DNA of 63,734 nt, the filler included, from Octopus bimaculoides (lineage: Eukaryota), in assembly GCF_001194135.2 (NCBI RefSeq). It is 7 parts of 7 records of this genome, joined end to end, with 100 filler letters (N's around TTAATTAATTAA, not from the genome) between each part and the next. Parts side by side here need not be neighbours in the genome. Positions count along the whole stretch, not along the records: positions 15,552 to 39,378 come from NC_068990.1; positions 39,479 to 42,377 come from NW_026435237.1; positions 42,478 to 49,648 come from NC_068984.1; positions 49,749 to 59,350 come from NC_068981.1; 3 more parts are not named here. The stretch is one strand, 5' to 3'. Both the position numbers and the translations under genes were made by a program. Below, in pieces: positions 38,317 through 49,921 of this stretch (positions are counted from its first letter, which is position 1; each line of letters starts with the position of its first letter). The notes beneath the pieces are model-generated. The model had not been told where the DNA came from and made no database searches. It saw only the letters and a list, made by a program, of their open reading frames with translations.

Positions 38317-38637
38317 AATGAATATAAAACCTACTGGGTACACTGGCCTACAGGGGTTTATAATCCCAGAGCCTAAATCAGTGCGGGACCTGGGTATTGA
38401 CGTGTGTGATGATACCTCTTTCCAAGTGCACATTACCAGTATCGCGACAAAGTGCGGACGACTGGCTAGATGGATCTTGAGAACCTTCAGAACCAGAGAG
38501 AAGGAAACCATGATGGTTCTCTGGAGAACATTCGTCCTCATCCGCCTGGGTTATTGCACCCAACTATGGTCACCCTACAGTATAAAGTTAACAGCGGACC
38601 TTAAAGCAATCCATTGAAGCTCCACAAAGAAGATTTG
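38317..38637 (+). mobile_element. CR1/L2-like LINE reverse-transcriptase C-terminal fragment
   Basis: IPEPKSVRDLGIDVCDDTSFQVHITSIATKCGRLARWILRTFRTREKETMMVLWRTFVLIRLGYCTQLWSP. Confidence 0.9.
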
Positions 38638-38794
38638 AACTCGGAATGCAAGGAACTGGAAAAATACGGTAAATCATTCTATGTAACTCTATAATAACTC
38701 TGACAGTTTGCTGCGAACAAAAACGCGATCATATATACGCCAAAGCACATGCAACTAGACACATCTACAACGATGGACACACACACACACCGAG

Positions 38795-38834
<40 letters not shown>

Positions 38835-38926
38835 GCATAAGCTGATATATACACCCACTCTATACATACATATATATATGTATATACATATCTTTTTCTC
38901 TCTCTATCTCACTCTATCTCTCTCAA

Positions 38927-38993
<67 letters not shown>

Positions 38994-39478
38994 GTATACA
39001 CACGCACACACAAATATAAGTATATCTATGTTCAATATGAATATATGAATAAGCACACGGAGGCTTCAGAGTTGACCCCATGATCCGATGGATTATAAAA
39101 ATGGGTTCACTACCAGTTGGTTATTATAGATATGTTACGATGCTGTTCGTAATATTAGAATATATGTATGTCCCTTGGGAAAGTATCTGAAATGGAGAAA
39201 TTCTGCATTACTAGATCGTGTGACTTGCTATCTTTCCATGCTTGTTTGATAACGTTTTAATAGTGAGAAATAGCAGCCTACCAAAGGGAAGAAGAGCAGA
39301 CAGGCTGGCGTCGTTTGGAAGAAGTAACGTAGGAATGAATTTTCTTTTGAGCACACACACACACACACACACACACACNNNNNNNNNNNNNNNNNNNNNN
39401 NNNNNNNNNNNNNNNNNNNNNNTTAATTAATTAANNNNNNNNNNNNNNNNNNNNNNNNNNNNNNNNNNNNNNNNNNNN

Positions 39479-39498
39479 AGCAGCAGCAGCAACAAAGT
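39479..39498 (+). CDS. Possible 3' end of the exon upstream of the LDLa exon (AAAATK + phase 1)
   Basis: AAG T|GTAAGA donor, a 74-bp intron (39499-39572) with a pyrimidine tract ending TTCAG. Splicing gives in-frame ...TK-Y-SC. Truncated by the segment start. Confidence 0.4.
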
Positions 39499-39572
39499 GT
39501 AAGAGGATACATTGGAAGATTTCCTGTGAGCAATAAGAATCATGTATCTTTTGTTTGATTTTCTATGTTCAG

Positions 39573-39683
39573 ATAGCTGTACAAACGCACAGTGGCAATG
39601 CAGAAATAAGAAGTGCATCAAGAAAGACCTTCGTTGCGATGGTAATAAAGACTGTGATGACGGCTCAGATGAATTCCATTGCT
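39573..39683 (+). CDS. Internal exon encoding one LDL-receptor class A module
   Basis: TTCAG|AT AGC TGT...CAT TGC T|GTAAGT, 111 bp, phase 1-1. xSCTNAQWQCRNKKCIKKDLRCDGNKDCDDGSDEFHC has six Cys and the DxSDE Ca-binding motif. Confidence 0.93.
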
Positions 39684-41739
39684 GTAAGTANNNNNNNNNN
39701 AAGACTGTGATGACGGCTCAGATGAATTCCATTGCTGTAAGTAGAAACAATTGTACGCTTTTTTATTTTTATATACCAACCATTAATAGGGAGATTACAT
39801 TTAGGGCGGGTCGTNNNNNNNNNNTTTTTATATACCAACCATTAATAGGGAGATTACATTTAGGGCGGGTCGTAGTAGTGACTTCCGATTTTCTCGGTCA
39901 CCGAACAATTCTGTCAAATTGTGCCAAAGGAAAGAGCTACATGAGGTCGAGATGATAATTCAGATGTTATTACTATGAATTTTAAACATATAAAGAAGCA
40001 AAACAGAAATGGGTGCTCAGAAGGTGACCAGTTCACCGACAACCATGTTGAAACAATTAAAATGTTGAGAAGATTCAATCGAACACAGATGGCAAATAGT
40101 TCAAAACTACTTATCTTTCAGTTTGTAATCTTAATTAGTTTATAGCTGTGACTGGTAGGCAGGGATCATGCANNNNNNNNNNTGTAATCTTAATTAGTTT
40201 ATAGCTGTGACTGGTAGGCAGGGATCATGCATTGTCATAATGGATTAAACAGAACAGGTGGAGACACATGGGATGGATTATCTCTGAAGAGGTCACAGGA
40301 CATGTGAAGAAAGATTTAAGGCGTAGAACATAAAATACTAATAATAAAATGAATATGAAGTGAAGAACGGATATATAGTGCGTGTGTTTGTTCAGCAAAA
40401 AAGAAATAAATTATTATCCCAAAATATAACAATATCTGTTTCAACGCACGATTTCATATCAAGAATCTTGCAAAACAAATGCATAAACTTGTGTTAGAGC
40501 TGTATAGACTGCTGCCATTCTTCCTACCCTAGGGCACACACATACTCTGAGACATATACATTGAATTATAATGTTCCTTATATATATANNNNNNNNNNNN
40601 NNNNNNNNNNNNNNNNNNNNNNNNNNNNNNNNNNNNNNNNNNNNNNNNNNNNNNNNNNNNNNNNNNNNNNNNNNNNNNNNNNNNNNNNNNNNNNNNNNNN
40701 NNNNNNNNNNNNNNNNNNNNNNNNNNNNNNNNNNNNNNNNNNNNNNNNNNNNNNNNNNNNNNNNNNNNNNNNNNNNNNNNNNNTAAGTACTGTATATATG
40801 CCCACATAGCATCCCTCCACCGTATCTAGATACATATTTGAGGACATGAGTATACCCTCACACACGCATACATAATCGTATATGGACACGTACCCAGGTA
40901 AACACACACACACACACATACACACACAAACGCATATATAAACAAGCACATACAAAAGCACACACACACAAACACATACACTAAAACACATNNNNNNNNN
41001 NNNNNNNNNNNNNNNNNNNNNNNNNNNNNNNNNNNNNNNNNNNNNNNNNNNNNNNNNNNNNNNNNNNNNNNNNNNNNNNNNNNNNGCACAAAGCATACAA
41101 CAAATGATTATTTTACATCCCTTAACAAATATAACAGTCTATTTTCCAAATACATCATAATATTTTATTAAGATTTGATTAGATAATATCTCCCCTACCA
41201 CCTACTACCTCGCCATCCTATCTTTCCTAACAACTTATCGCTTACGTTATTTGCAAATTTGAAAATACGGTCCTCATCCATCTTATTTAGTTCGTTACTT
41301 ACCACCAATATGTAAGCATTCGTCTTTTGAAAAAGACATCCCTGATGAAATCCGGTCATACTGTTGGGTTCTTTTACATCTATAACTCNNNNNNNNNNNN
41401 NNNNNNNNNNNNNNNNNNNNNNNNNNNNNNNNNNNNNNNNNNNNNNNNNNNNNNNNNNNNNNNNNNNNNNNNNNNNNNNNNNNNNNNNNNNNNNNNNNNN
41501 NNNNNNNNNNNNNNNNNNNNNNNNNNNNNNNNNNNNNNNNNNNNNNNNNNNNNNNNNNNNNNNNNNNNNNNNNNNNNNNNNNNNNNNNNNNNNNNNNNNN
41601 NNNNNTCAGTAAGTATCCGGACTGTCTCACAGTAACGAAGCTAAAGCATGCAGAGTGAAGGCGCTTGGCAAAGAGTGGATACTCACCAAATCTAAACGCT
41701 ATAGCTCACTTCCGCTAATTACAGCAGTGCTTGGAAGGA

Positions 41740-42197
41740 AGATTGGTAGCGTATGATCGTCACATTGACCATGACAGGGAGAGTTGTTATGGCCAAAATT
41801 GTTCAGAGTTCTATGTAAAGTTGCAGAAAGGGTATAGAAAAGGGATGTATGAACCGCATACAAGTGTACGAGTGAATCAGAGGCTTCCAAGATGGCTGAA
41901 ATATGTCGATATTGATGCACATTCTTGGAGACCCGCAACGAACAAAACTGAGAAAAATATTGCAGAAGGTATGCAAATGTGAGAGGAAATCGTCGTATCG
42001 CCATCCATGAGTTATCAGAGGATGTGCAGATTAGTTACGTTTCGGTTCAGTCCATTATCACAGAAGATCTAAGTATGAGATATGTGTCTGCCAAGTTTGT
42101 GTCAAAACTGTTTTTAGCTGATCAAAACGACACTTGGGTTTCAGATGCACAAGGCTGCTTTGATTGTGTCGAGAACGATGAAAACTTTATGAAAACT
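41740..42197 (+). pseudogene. Decayed mariner transposase N-terminal/HTH region
   Basis: MNRIQVYE...RPATNKTEKNI...VRGNRRIAIHELSEDVQISYVSVQSIITEDLSMRYVSAKFVSKL. Confidence 0.85.
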
Positions 42198-42335
42198 TCT
42201 CGTAGACCTTTGAGCAGGTATGGCCAAGCTTGATAGAATAAAAACTAGGCTTACAAAGAATGCGTCTTGGGGTCGATTTCTTCGACCATAGGCGGTGCTC
42301 CAGCACGGCCACAGTCAGATGACTGAAGCAAGTAG

Positions 42336-42377
<42 letters not shown>

Positions 42378-42477
42378 NNNNNNNNNNNNNNNNNNNNNNN
42401 NNNNNNNNNNNNNNNNNNNNNTTAATTAATTAANNNNNNNNNNNNNNNNNNNNNNNNNNNNNNNNNNNNNNNNNNNN

Positions 42478-42803
42478 GAGCGTGGCCGTTGCCAGTACCG
42501 CCTGACTGGCTCCTGTAGAATTTTCGAGCGAGATCGTTGCCAGTGCCCCTGGACTGGCTTGTGCGGGTGGCACATAAAAGACACCATTTCGAGCGTGGCC
42601 GTTTTCGTGCGGGTGACACGTAAAAGCACCCACTACACTCTCTGAGTGGTTGGCGTTAGGAAGGGCATCCAGCTGTAGAAACTCTGCCAAATCAGACTGG
42701 AGCCTGGTGTTGCCATCCGGTTTCACCAGTCCTCAGTCAAATCGTCCAACCCATGCTAGCATGGAAAGCGGACGTTAAACGATGATGATGATGATGATGA
42801 TGA
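42478..42803 (+). mobile_element. Retroposed repeat with (GAT)n tail (SINE or LINE 3' end); inverted copy at 49370-49648
   Basis: ...GGCGTTAGGAAGGGCATCCAGCTGTAGAAAC...CCATGCTAGCATGGAAAGCGGACGTTAAACGATGATG. The two copies are more than 90% identical by eye. Confidence 0.85.
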
Positions 42804-43360
42804 TATAGGACATAGTAGGTGATAACTTTCATGTGACAATAACATGCTTTATACTCTACACTGTTTTGTTTAAGCCAGCTCTGATACAGCAAATTTTTAA
42901 TCAAAATACGTCATAAATCAAAATAAGTCATAAATCTCTTCTTTTAACAAGGACTACTTTGTTTATTTTGTGCTTCCTGTCATATAACTGTAGAGTGCTG
43001 GATTTGAAGGCATTACTGTAGCTTTGCAACTATGGAGTTTTAGATTCAATCCTACAGTGTGACACCTTGGACAAGTGTCTTCTTTATATTTGGGTTGATT
43101 AAAGCCTCGTCAGTGAAATTTTGTAAATGGAAGTAATGTGAAAGCCTATCAGGACTTTAGCAGTCCACTCTATTCTAAGCCTTCTCACCAGGTCCCAAGT
43201 TACAGAATCTCTGAAGAGGGTCACATTGCCCAACCAATTCTGAGTGGTCAAAAAATAAAAGTCCAGTTACTGTATTGGGATTTTTGAGTTGTCTCGCACT
43301 GAGCAATAATGGCAAGACTATGAAAGGAACAGGGTTTTTTGGTCTTTTTATTATTCTTTA

Positions 43361-43570
43361 TTCTTTTATTCCTTTACTTGTTTCAGTCATTTGACTGCGG
43401 CCATGCTGGAGCACCGCCTTTAGTCGAGCAAATCAACCCCAGGACTTATTCTTTGGAAACCTAGTACTTATTCTATCGGTCTCTTTTGCCGAACCGCTAA
43501 GTTACAGGGACGTAAACACACCACCATCGGTTGTCAAGTGATGGTGGCGGGGACAAACACAGACACACAA

Positions 43571-43611
<41 letters not shown>

Positions 43612-43865
43612 NNNNNNNNNNNNNNNNNNNNNNNNNNNNNNNNNNNNNNNNNNNNNNNNNNNNNNNNNNNNNNNNNNNNNNNNATATATATACGCATATA
43701 TATGACGGGCTTCTTTCAGTTTCCATCTACCAAATCCACTCACAAGGCTTTGGTCGGCCAGAGGCTATAGTAGAAGACACTTGCCCAAGGTACCACGCAG
43801 TGGGACTGAACCCAGAACCATGTGGCTGGTAAGCAAGCTACTTACCACACAGCCACTCCTGCGCC
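43361..43865 (-). mobile_element. Full-length SINE family 2 with internal (TA)/(TG) microsatellite
   Basis: tRNA-like head GGCGCAGGAGTGGCTGTGTGGTAAG...GGTTCAGTCCCAC, body, and GAAACAAGTAAAGGA tail. Confidence 0.9.
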
Positions 43866-44918
43866 TATTAGTGTATAAATAATGTTTTTATACAAGTTTG
43901 CTACAATATGATGAATTCTTCATTGACTTAGACAAGCTGGTTTAAGCTGAGTATTATAAAAGTGATGAAGAGCCTTTAGAGAACCAAGTGTCCAACTCCA
44001 GTTCAGTTCACAGTTGTACTTATTTCATTTATTCTACTAATGACTTTGTCAAAACATCAACTACTAGTTGTTTTAGATAGTCACCCATTGATGGATAATT
44101 ATGATCATCTGAATTAAAGTAATTATCATGATAAATAGCCTACACTTGTATTATTAAATGAATTTTAGTGAGGAGTCCCTCCCTGTTCATGTCTATGAAT
44201 ATAGGTAGGTCAACCCTGATCAAGTTGAATCATGATCAAAGGTATTTCAATTGAAACTCTTCTGGCTTTTATTAGTATTAGAGGTGTTTGGCTGCTATTT
44301 TCAGCAAGTCAAGTATTCACATAGAGTCTCTCTTCTTGGCTTGCATAGAAACTGTTTAGAATTACTAACATTGTGAATATATTAAAATCAATTCAGGTTT
44401 ACAGCAATGTGACGAAATGACAATATAGCAAAATAACATAAAAGCAATACATGACTAAATGCCTTGTTGCTAATTAAGGTTCTAATGCTTGAGAGACATA
44501 TGTATGTTGGTAGGTAGGTAGGTAGGTCAGTTAGTTGGTTGCAGGACTGGATTTAAACCATGGGGGGCCTGGGGCACTTCAAGTTTGGTGGGCCCCTTAT
44601 ACACAAGAATTTAAATCTCAAAACCCATCTATTTCAAATAATTGAATTTGATGAGTTAGCAGAGTAAGTTTGAATAAATGACTGAAAATGTCACTGTATA
44701 CATACAATTTTTCAAAATTCAGATTTCACACATCCACTTGCAGTGTTTGACTTTTCCTTCATTGTGAAAGTACAATGAAGGAGGAAAGTGTGGAGTAAGA
44801 TTTTTAATCTTTTAATGTGAGTTACATATGTTTCAGAATGTAGAATAAGATAAAATGACAGAAAATTATGAAAAAGACAAAAAATCATTTTTCTGGTCAT
44901 TGCTGTTCTAAAAGCATG

Positions 44919-45017
<99 letters not shown>

Positions 45018-45159
45018 TGAGTGAGAGGGAGAGTGTGTGTGGGTAGAGATACCAACATTTAAAGGACATGAATTAAAAAAATTCTTCTTTAAAACAGCTT
45101 CCCTTCCTTGTTTTGCAATGCATGAGAAAAAAAGCAAGGGAAACCCTGACAAAAATTGG

Positions 45160-45464
45160 TGTAGGGATGAAATGGACCGGAAAGAAAGGGCTGTGATGTC
45201 AACGGTCAAGGGGCTTGACCAGAAAAGGGAGGGTGAAGGAAGGAAGACCAGGGTCATCCTCTTTTGCCTTGGGTGCTCATGACGAATGGATGTGAGGCAA
45301 GTGAACTGATAGGAACAGGTACTGGTAGCTGCTATTGCTAGGTGCTCAGGCTGGGCATGAGTTTTGGATTGAGTACAGCAGGATGGCAAAACAATGAGAA
45401 GGTAGGTGAACTGTTTCTTATTTCCCTGCATTACAGTTCCTTCGCACAACAAGCTATTTCAACA
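45160..45464 (+). mobile_element. Candidate 5' LTR of the adjacent Gypsy relic
   Basis: TGT...ACA termini, 305 bp, ends 44 bp before the gag ORF. No second LTR or canonical PBS found. Confidence 0.45.
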
Positions 45465-45508
45465 ATTGCGTAAAAGTATATTTCTCCATTGTTGTTATCC
45501 CCTTCCAT

Positions 45509-48432
45509 GTGATGGCAGCAAAGATAAGGATCAGCAGCATTGCCATTAGACCTTTCTATGGTGAAGGAGATGTAGTGGCCTGGATCTGTATGATCAAAGT
45601 AGTGGTCAGACTACAATGCGTCAACAATGTAGCAAGTCTCATGGCCCTGTACCTGGAGGGAAGCATGCTGGCACTGTACCTCGAGATGGACAAAGAAGAC
45701 CAACTGAGTGCAACGAAGATCAAGCAGCGCTTGAGGGAAGCATATATGGAGGGGATGTATGTCGCATTTGCTAAGCTGGGAATGGTCAGGTGGACAGGGG
45801 AACAGGTTGATGAGTATGCCACGGAAGTTCAGAGACTGGCCAGACTGCCCAGCTTTGCCAGAGAGGGTCTAGAGAAAGTGGCACAACTGGCCTTTGAAAA
45901 TGGCTTTCCTGATGATATATTGATGCAACTGCAACAACTGCCAGGCAGCAATAAAATGGTGATGAGCAAGATCATCATTCAAGCCTGCATGTCAACACAA
46001 AACACTGGGCTGAAGACAGTGGTGATAGCAGCTGTGGAAGCCCACAGCATGGTACAGCGACCGATAAAAAATGTGGAGAAGAAAACTGCCATGGAGCAAC
46101 AGCAATTGTTTACAGGCCGGTGCTTTAAGTGCCAGGGGCTGCACATGGTGATGGATTGTGCGGACATGAAGCCCGGACCTGTTTGCTACCAGTACAGGCA
46201 GACTGGGCATACTGCTTGAAATTGCAGCCAGGAAAAAGGCCACGGGGAAGTTGCTGCCTCTGAAACTTGCCCCATGAGGGAATAGAGGTGCTTGTACAGT
46301 CGCTGCCCATAGTGGAAGTCTCGGTTGGGGTAAAGGCATTCAAGGCCCTCGTAGATACGAGCTATACTACATCTCTTGTGACCCTGAGGGTGAAGAAAAA
46401 ATGGAAGATGACGAGTAGTGTTCAGCTGGTCAACAGCAGCAAGATTGGATGTAAGGGTAGCAGTGACATGAAGATAGTGGTGTGAGGCATGACACTGAGG
46501 CTGCAGGTGATTGTGACTGACGATGCAATAGATGGAATTGATATAGTGATGGAGATGGATGCAATCAACTGCCTTCAGTGTTGGTGGAGGGTGGTTTCTT
46601 TTATAGTGCAGGGGCGTCACATGCCATAAGTCAGCAACATGAGAAGGAGCAGAGATTCATGAGGGACTGTACTGATTACACCATTGAGAACAAAAATTTT
46701 GGGGCGCTGTTTGACGGTCAGCAGCGGACAGTAGAATGGCACTGGAAAGGGGAGCCCCCAATGCTGAGGAACAAGCTGAGCTGCTACCAGCATACTTTGA
46801 AGAGACATGCCAAGAGTGAATTTGAAGAAGAGATAGAGAGGTGGATTAGAGAGGGCATCATTATCCTGTGCAAGGAGGAGGTGGTGAGCAGCGTGCTACC
46901 ACTAATGGCAGTAGTGCACTCAAGAAAGGGCAAAGTCAGGCCAGTACTGGACTTTTGGGAAATGAATGACCATGTATCATGCCACACAGGTGGCATGGCA
47001 ACTAATGTCTGCAGTGAAATGCTGCATGAGTGGAGACAGATGATGAGGGAAGCGATGATTGTCGACTTGAAGTCAGCATATTTGCAGCTCCATGTGAGCA
47101 AGAAATTGTCGCAGTATCAGCTAGTGCGATACACGGGTCAGACATACTGTTTGACTAGGCTGGGTTTTGGGCTAAATTCCACGCCAAAGATCATGGCAAC
47201 AGTGCTTAAGTCTATTCTGGGAAAGGTGGACAAGATAAGAAGGGCCACCAATTCCTATGTAGATGACATCTTGGTAGACAAGACTGTAGTGTCTGCCACA
47301 GAGATTGTATGTCACCTCAAGAAGTTCAGGCTGATTGTGAGGCCACCAGAGCAAATGGTTGGAAGGGGCCAACTGAAGCTGAAGTTTCAAAGAGATAGAA
47401 CAGGCTCATTGGTGTTTCAGAGGGGGAATGAGATCCCGGAACTGGGCACCAGTGTCAGCAGGGAGAATGGGATTGTATGGTGTGATGCTAGCAGCATAGG
47501 GATAGGAGTTGTACTGGAAATTGGAGACGTCACAGTGGAGAATGCAGTCTGGCTTCAGAAAGCTGACAATTACAACCACATCAACGTGGCTGAGTTGAAC
47601 GCAGTGCTGAAGGGGGTGAGTTTGGCCCTGAAATGGGGGCTGTTCTCCATTGAAATTTGAACCGATTTGGCCACTATGCTTGGCTGGGTAGGATCAGTGA
47701 TCACTGACAAAAAGAAGGTTTAAACTAAAGTAGTGGCAGATATGTTAGTAAAGTGTTGCCAAGGGATTCTAAGAGAACTAGCTGCAGAATTTGGCTTGAA
47801 ACCGAGTGTGGTTTTTATGCCTTCTGAAAGAAACAAGGCAGACATTCTAACCAGGATGAAAAAGGCCTGGTTGGCGGAGCCAGAAGATTTGAAGCAGGGG
47901 ATGGTTAAGTGTCAGTTAAGTGATTTGGAACTAAGGAGACTGCATGCCATGCATCATATGGGCGTGGATAGCACCCTGTATCTTGCCAGAGGGTTGACAC
48001 CAACATCACTAGGTAGAGCATCCAAATGGTGGCTGGGAATTGTGGTGTATCAATCCATCAACTCTGCTCTGGGTGTGCGTGAGCAGGGAAACATCTCGTA
48101 GAGCACAACTGGAGACGATTGGCAGTGAGTGTGATACACTACTGGCAGGGGATGTATCTCTCAGCGGTCGACTGTGGGCCAAGTTGGATGGCCATTTGGA
48201 GGGAATTGAAGACAAGTACTGCAGACAAGATTGCACATATCCTGAACGAGATATTCCTGGAGCGGGGCTCTATGGATGAATTACTGATGGACAACGGCAC
48301 TGTATTTCATTTGGAGACACTGAAGGAGATGCTTAATAAGTGGAATGTGCACCACTTCAGAGCAGCGTGCAGGCTGAGTGGAAATGGGATCGTGAAAAGA
48401 CATCATCGAACAATCAAGGCTTCAACCGAGTG
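45509..48432 (+). pseudogene. Decayed Ty3/Gypsy-order gag-pol (zinc knuckles, protease, RT, RNase H, integrase)
   Basis: Gag CFKCQGLHMVMDC; protease ALVDTS; RT RPVLDF, DLKSAYLQL, FGL, YVDDILV; RNase H WCDASS, HINVAEL; integrase AVDCG, LLMDNG, GNGIVKRHHRTIK. Multiple stops and frameshifts. Confidence 0.92.
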
Positions 48433-49369
48433 AAGAGTAGTATTATTTTTATTTACATTTCACACACAAGAGTCAACTGTTAAGCTAATAAGAAAGCTTA
48501 ACAATTGGCTGAATTGTTAGAAATAGCTACCAATACATTAACAAGTTGACACACAATGCACTCCTTGAACCAGTTTGATTGTGTCAAGCCACCCAGCCCA
48601 CACCAGCATGGAAAATGGACATTAAATAATGATGACATTTTGAATGTTTGATGTCAGCAATCATTGGATTTCACCCCCCACACACATACACACCTTCCTG
48701 CTTTATGCATGACTCAGCATGTTATTGAGTCAATCTGCTAAAACTAAGGAACACTTTGTTTCCCTAATTCCTTCTTTTCAGTTCTTCAGCTGGCACCAAG
48801 CTTTGTTTGTCTTCTCATGAACTTCTTTATCTTGTTAGGAAGTTTTCTAGTGGTTTCTGCTTATCTTTCACACTTGTCAGTCACCCTGTCTGATGTATGA
48901 TACCTTCAGCTTCCACATCTCAGCAGCATTGATAAGCTTTTGCTCTTGTTTGTTGATGTTCCAAGTCATGCAACCATATAAGGATGTATGCTCTTAAGAC
49001 TCTTTCCGTCAATTGTATTGATAGCATAGTAGTCTTTGCCTCTTTATCTTTATCTTTTGTAGGATGCTACAAAAAGTACACATTGGATTGTGTAGTGGTA
49101 GTGTATGGAGTTCATAAATAAACTAGGTTAATTGTGGCTTAACCCACAAACGATGAGAAGAGATCGCATGAATGTGCTCCAAACAGGCAAAAATATAAAA
49201 CATCTCATTTTCTTATGGGTAATTATTATACTTTCACATTAAATAAGGGCAGAATTCTGGTTTAAGCACCCCCATGTAACCCCTTGTAACATTTTTATAT
49301 TTTGGAATTTCCAGAAAATTTTTGCAGATTTGTGTTCAACATGCGAGAATTCACACGTTCGTCCATTTG

Positions 49370-49648
49370 TTCATCGTTTAACGTCCGCCTTCCATGCTAG
49401 CATGGGTTGGACGATTTGACTGAGGACTGGTGAAACCGGATGGCAACACCAGGCTCCAATCTAATTTGGCAGAGTTTCTACAGCTGGATGCCCTTCCTAA
49501 CGCCAACGACTCAGAGAGTGTAGTGGGTGCTTTTACGTGTCACCCGCACGAAAACGGCCACGCGCGAAATGGTGTCTTTTATGTGCCACCCGCACAAGAG
49601 CCAGTCCAGGGGCACTGGCAACGATCTCACTCGAAAACCCTACAAAGG
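49370..49648 (-). mobile_element. Second copy of the (GAT)n-tailed repeat
   Basis: Reverse complement of 42515-42790. Confidence 0.85.
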
Positions 49649-49850
49649 NNNNNNNNNNNNNNNNNNNNNNNNNNNNNNNNNNNNNNNNNNNNTTAATTAA
49701 TTAANNNNNNNNNNNNNNNNNNNNNNNNNNNNNNNNNNNNNNNNNNNNCATCGATGTTATTGGATTAGATATGTTTTTGTATAGGGAGCCCGGTGTAGCA
49801 CATCCATGTTGTTCTTATGTTTTTGTATAGGGAGCCCGGTGTAGCACATC

Positions 49851-49921
<71 letters not shown>

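Noticed and set aside
39691-40231. Apparent tandem duplications, including a second partial LDLa exon end (39701-39730), 39825-39872 and 40183-40231
   Set aside because: Each is an exact overlap flanking a 10-N gap, the signature of unmerged overlapping contigs.
49419-49445. CTGAGGA...GAAAC in the (GAT)n-tailed repeat as a hammerhead
   Set aside because: Only 5 nt separate the boxes, with no helix II, and no helix I/III pairing is present.
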